From Felis catus (taxonomy: Eukaryota): a DNA stretch of 64,000 nt. The stretch's first letter is position 1; every line of letters begins with the position of its first letter. This document shows positions 37,680 through 51,021 of this stretch, one piece after another. The stretch lies in NCBI RefSeq assembly GCF_018350175.1, contig NC_058382.1:51710001-51774000 (forward strand), read 5' to 3'. The notes beneath the pieces were generated by a model. It saw only the letters and a program-made list of their open reading frames with translations, did no database searches and was not told the origin of the DNA. The position numbers and the translations under genes were made by a program.

Positions 37680-37911
37680 TTTTGCTTTCTTTCTTTCTTT
37701 TTTTTTTTTTCCAGTTTATTTACTGATTTTGAGAGAGAGAAAGCACAAGTCGGGAAGGGGCAGAGAGAGAAGGGGAGAGAGAGAGAGAGAATCCCAAGTG
37801 GGCTCTACACTGTTGGCATGGAGCCCGATGCGGGGCTCGAACTTACCCACCATGAGATTATGATCTGAGTTGAAGTCAGACGTTCAAACGACCGAGCCAC
37901 CCAGGTGCCCC
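37680..37911 (-). mobile_element. CAN-SINE
   Basis: Full element on the minus strand. Confidence 0.9.
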
Positions 37912-38180
37912 ACCACTCATCCCACGACAGCAAATAGTGTTGATATATATCTATCCCAAGACCATCCCCTAAGAATGGTTCTCCAAGATGAGGAAGAAAA
38001 CACATTTTTATAGTCTCACAAAATTTCCGGGCCACTCAATAATCACAAATGCTCTGAACTGAAGACATGGGTTTCAGTTACGGCCAGATATAGGTAATTA
38101 TTTGAGAAAACAAAAAATATTGTACCTAAAAAAGAGTCTGAGCCTTTGCATACAGAAGACACTTGCTTCTCATGCCACAG

Positions 38181-38312
38181 ATTTTTTTTTTTTTAAGCAG
38201 GCTCCACACCTAGCACAGAGCCCAACGTGGGGCTTGAACTCATGACCCTGAGATCAAGACCTGAGCTGAGATCAGGAGTCGGACTCTTAACCGACTGAGC
38301 CACCCAGGCGCT
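38181..38312 (-). mobile_element. Short CAN-SINE (lacks CT tract)
   Basis: T tail directly before aagcaggctccac...; flanked by ccacagattt. Confidence 0.88.
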
Positions 38313-39765
38313 CCTCCACAGATTTAAAATAAAAAAACCGCAAGCGGGTCCTTCCGTGGGGCTCACAGATTTTGAAAACCTTCATCATCAGACAACTTTT
38401 CCCAATGGCCTCCTCTTCTACCCACTGCTACTGGAAATGGCTGAGTCTAAAAGGACCCAAGCAACAAACGGAATGAACAATAACGAGTGTTTTCGGGGGG
38501 CTTTCACGCTCCGCTCCTTGCTTAGTCGTCCTATGCTCCCATGTGCAAGACTGGAACAGTTAGCCCTGTTGTACACAGCGTGAGTGAAGAGATTTGTGAG
38601 GTCAAATGATTGCCTAAGGACACAGGGCTCTTCAAGTGAGGATCACTACTGCAGGACCTACGCGGGTCCACCTGAGTCACCTTTCCCAGGAAAGACAGAA
38701 GTGGTAGCTGTGGTTTTGACGGCCCTAGCATGTTTTCAGGTCTCCGTTAGCCGACGGTCATCGGTGACTTTCCTCAATCACGCCTTTTGAGCTTCCCGTC
38801 ATAGGATCCCCGTGTGGTGTTTCCTCTCTGGGCAGAGAACCCACAGACCTTTCTAAGGACCTTATGGAGGTACGAGGAAAAACAGAATACTATTCAGTCT
38901 TGTGCCCTAAGAGTTCTGGGCAACACTAAGTTCGGAGGACCCCCAGGAATAACATTAAAACGACACCACCAACAGCAACAACACGAAGCAGCTGACAGAG
39001 TGGAAATTGTCTGCCAATGAGTTCTATTTTTTTCTCTCTCTCTCCTCCAGGCAATCTGACAAAATTTATTAATTTTGACCTCCAGCTAATAACACATCGG
39101 GAGATAAGCTCGCTGATGAACGTTTTCATTTGGAACATAAGGCCATCGGTGTTTGGAGATCATGCAACACTGTTGAATTAATGCTCGTGCTCTGTTAGTA
39201 GGGGGGAAATAAAGTTGTGGATCTTGAACTGAACTCATCAGATAAATTCTCTTGGCTCCTAAGCACTCAGACCGCAGGGAGAAGCTGAAAGTAAACCGCT
39301 GGATTATCTTGGTCTACTCGCATTTTTGCAGTGAGTTGTTCCGTATAAAATTTCCCTTCTCCAGCCCTGAAGTTGAATCTTGACTGTGTTAACGAGAAAT
39401 GAACCGGGCTATCTATTATTTATTTCCCAAATTATCCTCACTTACTACAAGTTTTGGTCAATAAAAATGGAATCGTTAAGGGGCCAGCATAGCAAAAAAG
39501 TGATACTCAAGAGGCAAACATGTTTAAAAAGGGACACACCAAAACACTGGGATTAGAGAATTTTGTTGTCCGATTTAAAGCCCAAAGGCAAGAATCCACC
39601 CCCACCCCACCAGCACTTCCAAATGCAAAAACACTACTCCAAAGAGGATGAAAATGAATGGCACCAGCCCCAAATTCTGAGAACCCGGCAGCTGAAAGAA
39701 TAAGGGTTAGGTCACTATGAGATACTTCCAATAACAATAGCACAGAGTCATAATTACTACCACCA

Positions 39766-39859
39766 TTTTATTTTATTATTGATTGATTGATTGATTGATT
39801 TTTCTAAACGCGAAATTTATTGTCCAATTGGTTTCCATGCGACACCTGGTGCTCACCCC
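39766..39859 (-). mobile_element. Extreme 3' tip of a felid-type L1 inserted in a MIR
   Basis: Reverse complement gggtgagcaccaggtgtcgcatggaaaccaattggacaataaattt matches 10247-10298 of the promoter L1; the tail has become (AATC)n. Confidence 0.75.
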
Positions 39860-41451
39860 GCATTTTCCTGTTTAACCCTCACAAAGACTATGAGGAACGC
39901 TGATGCTATCTCCAGTCCCACTTTCCAGATGAAGAAACCGAGGCCCCTAGAGTATCAAGTAACTTGTTCAAGTAAAGCCGGGGCTCAATCCACTTCTCAT
40001 TGTAACAAGTCACCTTTTTACTGAACCCCCGGGGGCTGCCTCCCTCCTGCCTACCTGCTATTGTCCTTCATTACACCGGTACCCCCTAAAACCTAGAAAT
40101 CTGCTTCCCTGGGCCAGAAAAAATAGCTTTGGGAGCGAAGGTAGAAGCTTCTAAAGGGCGGATTGTGGGGGTGGGTGCGGGAGACCTTGCTGGGAAGCCC
40201 GTTCTGCATCATGCATGAGACAAATATCAGCCAGTAACCAAAGATGTCGCCGCAAAATCAAACCCTCCCTGCCCAAACATCCTCTCCCCTCTCTTCTCCC
40301 ACCCCACCGCTGATCTTTAACAATTTAGGAAAAACTCAAGGATTTCCCCACACCACAGGACACAAAACAACACCAAGACGGAGCTTGCGAGAACTCTGTG
40401 GCCAACTCCCATCTGAGATCACCGTGTTCCAACTCGGACGATAAAACCAATGACGCGTAAAGACCGACAGACAGCAGGGCTGCTTGAAGGAATCTGCCAT
40501 TTTCGTGACATCTCGAGAACGACGGGCGCTTTCCGTACGTTAGTTCTGACCGTCACCACCACCTACAGCATCGGTACGACGGTTGCCATGCTGCCAGTGA
40601 GGAGAGCCACCAGAGCCACGGAGCTGGCGAGGGGCGAAGGATGTGATCTCTCTCCATGCCGCCCGTATGGTTCCAGACGCCAGTGCTCTTCCGTTCTCAT
40701 TCGGGACGTGCACCTCCTCTGCCCATCTTAGCCCTGCCCCTGCTGCCTGCGCTTGCCGAATGCCCTTGGCTTCTCTGATTTGACCTTGTGGGAGCTCTTC
40801 GAGGGCCGGCTCGTGCTCTCATGTTTAGTCCTCCACTTCCTCCTCTACTCACCGGCAGGAGGGGGATGCCTTTGACCTCCTGCCCCATGCTCTGCGGGGA
40901 CTCTCTCTGCCCCTCAGCGGTCACTTCACCTGACCGGTCACCTGACGGTCACTTCACCTGACAAGAGTTCCGGCTCCCTCTCGGTCTCGGTCTTGGCAAA
41001 TCCAATTAAGATCCCCGGTAACGTGTGCATATTTCACCGTGAACCTCTCCACTGAAGGGCTCCGACACTGCAGGGAAACTGAACATCAGGGCTCCCTCTG
41101 CGGAACCCACAGCTCAGGCATATGCGAGAAAAGGCGGTGGACGGAAGTAGGGGGGAAAACCCACTTGTTTTGGGCTCATCAGGTCTGAATCTATGCAGGT
41201 ATGGCCAGTCCTTTACTACTGTCGGCCCTCACGTCCTCATGTGTCAAAGAAGCATTGAGGTACCCAGTCCGCAGGGGGATTGGAAGTAACAGAGACAATA
41301 AATTGAGCGACCTCTGGACTCCTGACCAAGAGGGTGCCGAATGGTCACCGGTATCATCATACACACTGCATAGACCCCTGCCCAGGGGATTTTTGTCTCT
41401 AAAACTATGTGCCCAGAGCTACCTCTCTAAACCTCTCTCTTTGCTCTAGTC

Positions 41452-41612
41452 CGTTGCTTCTCAAAGTGTGGCCCTTGGGCAAGCAACATTGGTCCTCACG
41501 CAGGAGTCTCTGTGAAATGCAGAATCTCAGGCCCTTCTTCAGACCTCGTGAATCAGAATCTGCAATGAAATAAGATCCCTGGTGATTCTTGCGAAGTTTG
41601 GGAAGCACTGCT
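41452..41612. mobile_element. MER5A hAT fossil
   Basis: gcttctcaaagtgtggcc...gaaatgcagaatctcaggccc...gaatcagaatctgca...aagtttgggaagcactg. Confidence 0.85.
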
Positions 41613-41675
41613 CTGTCTTATTCTTCCCTAGTAAATATCACCTGCAATTTTTGTCCCCTCATACACGTTATCTGG

Positions 41676-42100
41676 TGTATTACATTCCTCTTGCTGCTGT
41701 AACGAATTATCACATATGGAGTGGCTTAAAACCCCACACGTTTATTCTCTTGAACTTCTGGAGGCCGGAAGTCCAAAAGCAGTTCTCCTGGGATGGATCT
41801 GTTCTGCTCCCTTTTCCAGCTTCTAGAATCACATTCCTTACGCTTGTGGCTCCTTCTCCATCTTCAAAACCAGCAGATAGCCTCTTACGTCAGCCTTCCC
41901 ATGGCTTGTGCCTCTCCCTCTGCTTCCTCTTTTAAGGATTCTTGTGGCTACATTTAGGGCCCAACTGGATAATCCAGGAAAATCTCTGTATGTGAAGACC
42001 CTTACCTTAATCACATCTACAAAGTTCCTTTTGTTATATAAAGTAACATTCAAGGCTGTAGGGATTAGGACATGGGTATTGGGGAAGACCATCATACAGC
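41676..42100 (-). mobile_element. MLT1 (MaLR) solo LTR
   Basis: gctgctgtaacgaattatcac...ggcttaaaac...ggataatccagg...taatcacatctacaaag...gggattaggacatgg. Confidence 0.88.
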
Positions 42101-43469
42101 TTGTCTGGGTCTCTGTCTGGCACTCGGTAGGGTCTTTGATAGAAGTTAGTTGACGGTGCTGTTCATTTAGAGGATGTCGCAATTCGTACGTGCCCACCTG
42201 GAGATGACTTCACGGAGACAGGCAACTAAATGAATTGACTATAATCTGTCTTCATCAAATATTAATGAACATGTCCCTCAGGTTCGTATGTTTTCAATGG
42301 AAGAAGTAATTAACCTTCAAGGCTTCACAAAAGAGGCGAACTAAGTCCTGAGAAATGAATAGAAACTCTGCAGGTGACTGAGACAGGCAGAGACACTTCA
42401 AGCAGAGGGGAGAGCGTTTAAACAAGCATGGCGACGTAAAATAGCAAAGCCCATTCAAGGAGCTGTAAGTTTTCGGGGAAATAAAGCACCAGTACGAAGC
42501 CGGGAAGATCAGAAGATTAAGCCAAGGCAGATAGGAGGGATCACACGAGGGAGGGCTTTAAATGCCCGGCCAAGCAAATTGGTGTTCATCCTGTAGACAG
42601 CAGGCAAGCATGAGTTAAAATCAGGGTATTGACGAGATCGCACATGGCTGAAGAAAGGTCCTCCTGGTGACAGCGTGGAGGCTCTTTTGCAAAAGCTCAG
42701 CACCATTAAATTAATGTTCGGTGCGTTGTGGGTGTTAGAATAAATATCTGCTCAGTGTTTCTCATGCACCATCACTCTTGAACTGCCGTGGAGAAAGGGA
42801 CCCAGAATCACAAGATGTTCTGTTCCAAGCAGATGCCACTCTGATCGGAGGTGGGGGCACAGCTGTTCAGTGGTAATCAACATGCCGTTGCTGCTCCAAT
42901 CCTTTTTAACTAAAGAGGGGACGCCAGGTATTGAATGGCAAGAGAGCTCTTGGCACGGCCCGCCTGGAAGGCGTCTTCATTCCTTCAAGGCGAGCTCAGT
43001 CTGTTCTCCGCTCAGGGCTTCTGAGCCTCAGAAGGTCTGCGCCAGTCACAGTCATCTGCCTTTTGAATGGGCACCTGCGGGCAGTTCTGGTGGTCAGCAG
43101 GGTTGAGGAGCACTGGGCTGGCCACTTGAGTTGTCCTTGGGAAGCTTGAGATCCGTGAATCATCTGGGGCAGTGTAGGTAGACAACCATGACTTTTCCTG
43201 GCTTGTCTGGAGACGGGGACGACAATGAAGAAGCTGGTGGTGACAATGACTGCTCAACCACTCCCTCTGTCCCTAGATCTTGCTTTACCTACACTGCCTC
43301 TAGTCTTTACAAGAGTGTTCCTAAAACTTTTGAGTGTCACCCACAGGAAGGAACTCATTTTATTAAGTCATGCATTATACCCATCTATGTGCGTAAACGC
43401 TGCACCAAACTACACGCTCTGTGTAATCCACTATGGCATTTTCCACTCCATTCTGTTTCATTTCATATG

Positions 43470-43687
43470 TTTTAAATTTCTTTGAATGTGTATTTACTTT
43501 TGAGAGCGAGAGAGAGACAGAGCATGAGTGGGGGAGGAGCAGAGAGAGAGGGAGACACAGAATCCGAAGCGGGCTCCAGGCTCTGAGCTGTCAGCACAGA
43601 GCCCGATGCGGGTTTGAACTAACAAACCGTGAGATCGTGACCTGAGCCGAAGTCGGGCGCTCAACCGACTGAGCCACCCAGGCGCCC
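43470..43687 (-). mobile_element. CAN-SINE
   Basis: Full element on the minus strand. Confidence 0.92.
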
Positions 43688-46419
43688 TTATTTCATTTCA
43701 TTTTTTAGATGTTGGTCGTCGTGTCCTAAATTGATTTAGCGATCTACGTTCAAGAGTCAAAGGGGAGTATGCTTGTCCCCAACCTCCTAGGAAAACAATC
43801 AAGGGTGACACGTATTGAGCACCGTGCCTCGGGCACCAAACATCCCAGTCCACTGCAAACTCTGTTCCTCCCATCCTGTCACCCTGTGCCCCAAGGCACA
43901 GGGCCTCTGCTGTTGGGAGAAATGCCTCAGCGCCACAGAGAAGGGACAATCACAACCACAGCAGTGACATCATAAATATCAACAGCCAGCACCATTTAAG
44001 CCCTGTTGATGCAATAGCCGCTGTGCTAAGCGGACGTGTAATGTGCTTCCCGCTTCGAGTGATGGACACGTACCACCAGAGACACAACGCAGCGCGTGGA
44101 GCGTGCACCGAACTGAGCACCGGAAGCTTTGCCATCTGCCCCGCTCCCATCCCTGACCCCTCCTCACCGAGTCCGGCCTCAGATCACTTACCTGGGCACG
44201 GAGGCCAATTACTTGTGCGACGCCAGCAAAAACATCTAAGAGTCACATTAAGGATCAGAAGCGCTAAATCCCTTTGTAAACTGGACAAATGTCAGTTCTT
44301 TACTTGTTTACCATTCTCGAGAGGCCCCCTTTGCAAAGAAGATGGAAAAAATGCCAAGCCCTCAGCTTTGTTCTCTCATCAAAAAAGGCAAATAGGAGTC
44401 TTGGCGTTCCTCGCTTCAGGAAAAAAAAAAAAAAAGCCTGACACAAGCGGGGATTTTGCCAAAAACAAAAAAAAAAAACAAAAAAAACAAAATCTGGTTT
44501 CCTTCCAAGAAAGGTACTGCCGCGGTCATCCGCCTAGCTGACACTTCAAGTGGGGATCTGTCCCTTCCAGAGCCTCTGGGGCTGGAGGCCGGGAGTCTGG
44601 CTCCGTCCATGCGCCTTCCGCCTGTTCTCAGCTCTGCCGGCAAGGCCTCCGCTCACCAAAACTGGAGGACAAAGGGGCAGAAGGTGCATGAGAAATCCAG
44701 AGCCCAGTCTCGGGAGGGAAAGCTCTAGAGACTCTTGAAGAACAGGCCCCAGATGGAGAGACACCAGGAACTCCGCTAACGGAGCCGGCTGAGATCAGAG
44801 TGCGCGGGAAGCGTGGGTGGGAGAGGGAGACACAGAAGCCGCAGCAGGTTTGATTATCCTTCGGTCGTGTCCCTACGCTGCCCTCTGACCTCCGACCTCT
44901 GTCCGCGCTGTCCCTTCCCCTGTATGTCTGCTCCGTGCTCCCGTCTCATCCGCATGGTGGCCGACCTTTGGTGCTGCCTCAACTTTGTTACGCCAACCTC
45001 TGGCCTTTCTCTCTCCCCCTTCTCCTTCCCCTTCCCTGTCCCTGTCTCTCTGACTGTCTCTTGGTCCACAGCACTTTTCGAGCACTGTAATTCACTTCGT
45101 TGTAAATACAGCCTCCGAGACTGCAACACACTCAGTTTCCTAAGAAACAGAACCGTAGGAAGAGTGTGGATTCAAATCTCGCTCTGCCTCCTGCCAGCGG
45201 TGTAGGCAAATCCTTTATGCGATTCCGCACGAGCCCTGATGGGATAACACCTGGGGTCTGGGCCACGGGGCCAGGTTTTAATCCTGGTTCTAGCACGTGG
45301 CACATAGCATGCATTCAGAAGCCACACACTAACATCTGTAGGTCTTGGCATCCACATCTGTAAACTGAAGAAAGGAGAGCCTCCTCCTCCTGGCGCAGCT
45401 CTGAGGATCGGCGAGGTGACTGCACGCACGCGATGGCACCATGGCTGTCTGAGGGTCACCTTCGCCACCCCGGACCGCTGTGAGGATGGAAGGAAAGGCG
45501 GTGTGTGACGTCCCTAGCACGGTCCACGGCAGCGTGAGCGACCCGACAGCTGTGATCCCTGCGCCTGGCTGGGCAAAACAGACACCCTCACTCCTTCTTG
45601 CTCGTTCTCGAGGGTTCTCTCTGTGCCTCGCGATGTGCTTTGCCCATAGCAGGCTCTTGGCTGGCATTGATGAAGAGCAGAACACCGCTTCGGGAGCAAG
45701 TTAATCGAGACCCGGCCGGCCCACGTCTCCTAAGGTGGGTTCCAGGAGGGGGGAAGATGCCACAGGAAGTCAGCTTGCCGCCGATGAGAAGTGCTCAGGA
45801 GATGTAGGGGCGGGGCACTACAACCAGAGTTTGGCAGGCGAATAGCTCACATCTCCTTGAATGAATCCATTCATTCACTCACTTACTCACTCATTCATTC
45901 ATTCATTCAGAAATAAATGAGGCCACTCCTTTCCTTCCCTGCATTTACTAAACCCAAGGAAATCTTTTGTCTCCCATCATCTCCCCGTGAAACATCAGCT
46001 TGGCCAGACTCAAAGGCCTTCCTCTCAGCAATCCAAAACACCAGAGTCATGAGGACAGACCACTCTTGCCAGACAGACTGCGGAGCAACAAGGAGACTCG
46101 TAGCTGACGCAGCATTTCCCCTGCGTACAACACAACCAGCCCATGGCCTCGTGGAAAAACACGGGGCACGACGCCAGGTTCCTGCGCTGTGGCACCAAAC
46201 GCTCTCAGCTTGCTGTGTGCCTGCGGGTGAGTCACTTTACCTCTCTGAGCGGACAATGCCACGCATGCCTGTTCCTACGTAGATATGACGCCACCATCAA
46301 AAGAGCCCCCACACTCTGCTGGGTACTTTGTATTCATTATCGCGTTTAATCTTTACAACAGCGCTGTGCTGGGATTTGAACCAGAGTTGATCTGACTCCA
46401 GATGTCATGTTTTTCGATG

Positions 46420-47482
46420 TTTCAGAAGCCAGTTGGCTTGTGTATCACCTCCATGATTTTTGCCATAAAAAATGCCATCCTGCACCCTTACTGATATTTT
46501 CAAACTTATAGACACTTACCCTAAAGGGAAACTATATTTCACGACCATGGAAGGAACACCAATATATCACTGGCCACCAAGAAAAGACGAACTCAAAAGG
46601 GGGAACAAAACAACGCTGTAAAATGCTAGCCAGATATTGGTATGAATCCAGGGCTCACAGAAAACAGCTGATGCTCTCACATGGGAAAACCGAGGAGAAT
46701 TTAATGGGAACATTAGTAACGAAGATGTAGAACAAGGTTAAGGGAAATGAACCTGGCAAATGTCGGGAGCAATTACCCACTAGGGTAGGCTTGATGGATT
46801 TAGCAAATCAAGACACGGGATGTCTGGTTAAACTTGAGCTTCAGAAAACAGCGAATAATTTTTTCAGTATAATTATGCCCCATGCAATATTTGCTATCTG
46901 CTTGTACTAAGAGTATTTGTTGTTTGTCAGAAACACAAATCGGACTGGCCTTCCTGCATTCTTCGCGCAAAGCTGCCCTAGGAGGGATGGAGCGGGAGAA
47001 GTTATTAGAACACACGCGGAGTGCGGTATCTGGAGATGAACCAGTGGGGCAGGGTAGGACCTGGAGGAATGAAGATCCGAGCTCTCCCTCCTCCTGCTGG
47101 TATTTCCCATTTCTAGAACAATCCAGAAACTGGCGCGCAAGTGAGTCTGTTGATAGTCTTCCAAAGGGTTCCACGGAGATCAGCCTCGAAGGGCACAGAG
47201 CAGGGTAGAGAGAGGAGGAGAGTGGATCCGGAAGGCCCTAGCACACCTCCAGGGTATCCGAGCCCGAAGTCTAATTTCTTACAGTTAAAACTTTAGCAAG
47301 ACTTAGAGAGGCGTCGAATATTTGCTAGCACCCAACCTGATACTTTCTCCTTAACTTAGCCAGAAAGTATGGAAAAAGGAAAAATAACCTCCTTGTGAAG
47401 CGACTGGTGTTATTTAATGTCACGGCGATGTACCACCAAAGATTATCGTGTGCGCGGCCGGCGCTTTGGGAAACCTTGCTGT
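46420..47482. mobile_element. Nested fossils: Charlie-like hAT element, interrupted by an LTR-like segment (~46655-47230), itself interrupted by MER53 (~46790-46980)
   Basis: MER53 signature gatttagcaaat...gttaaacttgagcttcagaaaacagcgaataattttttcagtata; Charlie-like end gtaccacc...ctttgggaaaccttg. Confidence 0.55.
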
Positions 47483-47547
47483 AAAGTCACCTCTGCAGGG
47501 GTAGGGCTGGGGTCAGAGGAGGGAGGCACTCACCTTGGGTGCACAAT

Positions 47548-47572
47548 TAAAAAAAAATTTTTAATGTTTATT

Positions 47573-47609
<37 letters not shown>

Positions 47610-47768
47610 ATAAGCAGGGGAGGGGCAGAGAGCGAGGGAGACACAGAATCCGAAGCGGGCTCCAGGCTCCGAGCACAGAGCCCAGTGCAGGGCTTGAACC
47701 CACGAACCATGAGATCGTGACCTGAGCCAAAGTCGGATGCTTAACCCACAGAGCCACCCAGGTGCCCC
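47548..47768 (-). mobile_element. CAN-SINE
   Basis: Full element with a (GA)n tract on the + strand. Confidence 0.92.
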
Positions 47769-49539
47769 TGGGGGCACATTTTAAAGGGACGCCAAAAAAG
47801 TAATCAAGGTCAACAGTAGTCTAATGCATGATTTCTAGAAATCAGAATAATGCAAATATCCAAGATTACCGAAACATCGATGTTTTAACAAAGACAGGAT
47901 CCACCCCCGTGTCTGCATAACTCATTTTCACTTGCATCCCCCTAACCCTGCGTCTTAGGCAGTGTCTGCACTTGGGGGGTGTGGTAATACCAGTACTTTT
48001 CACATCTAGGGAGTACTTTTTAATTATTAACACCTTATTTGAAATTCCCAGCAATCTATGAGGGAGCCAGGAACAGTCATACCTGTTTTATAGTCAGAGA
48101 TGAGTGGTTTTAATCAGGGACCTGGGTTCAAAGCCTGTATCTGCCTCCTAGACGTGTGTGACCGGGGACAACTTGCAAATTTACCTTCCCCGGGAGCCTG
48201 AGGTCCTTCAGCTGCCCCACGGCACCCTGCCCTCTCCCTTCACTACAGAGCCACTCACCACCCACTGAAAGGTCACTTCTAGAACTGGCAGGGAGAGCCC
48301 CTCTCTGCTGAAGACTCTTTATTTCCTACCAAACTCATTTGCTCTCATTCAGTTGAAGAGGCTTTCACTGGTTGACTTATTTCCGGTCTTATCCGTGAAA
48401 GGAACGGAGGGAAGGTACGTGGAGGGACTAAAGAGTCATTTTCCACCATATGCACAGCGAAGCAAAGAAAAGGGTCGGAATAAAAAAGCAAATTTACAGA
48501 GGGAAGCAAAGAGAAAGCACCGTACCCCCCAGAGACCGAGAAAATGCCAGGAGGGGTTTCAGACTTCCTTGTCGGGAGTCCCATCCACCCCTGGAGTCCT
48601 TCCAAACACCACCTGGCTTTTTCTTTCTTTAAGTCCATTTTTAAAGGTTCTCTTTTGCTTTTACCAACGACAGTAATGAAAAAGCAAAAGCCATTTTCAC
48701 AGCAACCTAATTAATTCACCTGTAGCTCTTGGAGGCTCCGTCGCTTCTCCTGTGTGGAGTGAATTCTCCCCTCTCCAAACAAGAGGTAAAATTGAACTGT
48801 GAGGCTCGTAAAATACGCCAAATAAATATTCATCATTGCCTCATCTGCTTATTCAAAATCCCTCCTGGATATTTGCAGATTTTCTTGTACAGATTCTAAA
48901 GCGTATAATCCTTCCATACCTCCTGAGCTTTGAACAGAGGAACAAATCACACCAAATGTAGTTTTCAACTCTCTGAACAATTCTGATTGCTGTGACCATG
49001 AACGTATTATGGGCTCAGTTATTTTGAGAAGTGTTCCTCTTTGAAGAAGATGGTCTGGGGATTCGTGAGTCGGACATAGGGTACGGGTTCTGGTTTTGCC
49101 ACTTATTTGCTGTGTGGTCTTGGGCAAACAAACAAACAAACAAACAAACAACTTAGTCTCTCTGGATCTTATAAATTTGAAATTTATAAGGTGGGAATAA
49201 TATCTTCCTGGCAGGAGTTCTAGAAGAATCAAATAAGATAGTATATACGAAGGGGGGATGAAATTAGCTCCAACATACAAGGTGTAAGAACATCACATTG
49301 GTTTCTCTGAGTAAAATGTACCCTACTCACAGCCTTGTGCATCTCAGTAATAAATAGTTTACGACCCGGCTGCTTCTGCCTCCCCAGTCGCCTAAGCCCA
49401 GAATCTTCTCCTTCCCTTGGAGACATTTCAACTCTATGCAAAAGTGCAGGCCAGAGATGATAGACGCACAGCCCACAGATGTGTTTCAATTATTTTAAAA
49501 ACCGAACGCGTTGTTAAGGTCTAAAAACTGGGCGACAAT

Positions 49540-49930
49540 CAACCTTGGTACATGCACACAATGGATTATGAAGGAGCTGTAAACACAACTAAGAAAGATC
49601 TCCATGAACTGATTATAGAGTGATTTCCAGGAGAGACTGCTAAGTGAAAAGAGCAAAACACAAAAAGGCGTATACAGAATGTGTTCGAAGAGAAAAAAAG
49701 AAAACAGTCATATATGCGCTAATCTTAAAAAAAAAAAAAAAGAAAAAGAAACAAACACAAAAGATAAGCCAGGAAACAATGAACTGGTTACCTGCAAGGG
49801 TTAGGTAGGAGGAAGGGGTGGGGGGGGGGAGATACACAAGGGGGCAAACTTCTTTGAGTGTGCCTCTTCGTATAGTTTTGACCGTTGGAAGAGTGTTCAT
49901 GCTCCACGGGTTCAAAAACTAAAGTGAAAT
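49540..49930 (+). mobile_element. Old L1 (L1MC/ME-like) 3' remnant
   Basis: ggtacatgcacacaatggatta...gagtgatttccagga...taagtgaaaagagcaa...tatagttttgac. Confidence 0.6.
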
Positions 49931-50894
49931 CCACCAGCACCACCAGGGAGGAGTGATGCAACCCAAGGTTAAGCAACCTGGGGTCAGTCGGCCGCATACA
50001 CACCCCGAAAGCGGGTTTGAGTTAGACCATCCAGCCCATACCAACCCCAGGGCCAGTGGCTCCCCTGTTTCACCATTTTGGCACCAGCTCTCCCAGCCGC
50101 TGACTAGAGATGAGACCTTCCATCTAAGCATCTGAGGTCTTAATGCCTTAGCACTACCTACTTTGCAGTTAGAAGGTTAAAAAATACTTTCCTCCTTTGG
50201 AAATTCTTTCTATCCCTTCCATCCACTGCCCTTGTGTATCTCTAATCCTTTATCTCCCCCCTCCCCTGCCTCTTGGGGTGAGGGAGGGGTCCCACTTCTC
50301 TCTCGTTCGTTCGTTCATTCATTCATTCATTCATTCATTCATTCATTCTTTTCTGGGTGGGCTCACTGGGAACGAAGACGCAGGCTCCTCTTGGACCCTG
50401 CAGGTGAAGTATCTTCAAGGCAGCTGGGCTCTCTGCTACCACGGGTAACCTGCCGTCGGTGCTGTCCCAGAAGACTTTGCCTCTTTGCCCACCTTGTGTC
50501 CTATCACCAAATACCATCCACTTGCCTGGACTCACTATACCTCTGCCCCAGGAGAGGGGCAAGGAAGGCCAGGGGTCCCACCCCAAGGGTAAATATTTTG
50601 GGGTGTTTAAATCTGATAGACTAAGATCCTGCCTTCCCCCCAACTCTGGAAAAGGAACTCAAAGCCAATTTGACGACAGAACTCTGGGAAATGAAAAGCA
50701 TGGGTAAAAGAGTCCTCCAGAAGGTTCTTTGGGACCTGGGTGACAGCTGGTGTGATGAACATATATGGGTTTTGGAACCAGTCAACCTGGGTTGAACCCA
50801 GATTTTCTACTCTCTAGGGTGTTTCTCATAAACAGCAGTAAAATTAAGAGAAATGTACTTTCTACTCCACGGGATATTGTGTCAGTTAATGAGA

Positions 50895-50896
<2 letters not shown>

Positions 50897-50934
<38 letters not shown>
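50897..50934. repeat. (AT)19 microsatellite
   Basis: Perfect run at the end of a MIR-like segment. Confidence 0.95.
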
Positions 50935-50938
<4 letters not shown>

Positions 50939-51021
50939 ATACACCATGTAGCTATTCACTTACTCATTAAAAATTACTTCTTTCTCCCATCCATACAGCT
51001 GGAAGGGAAGACATATGCCAG

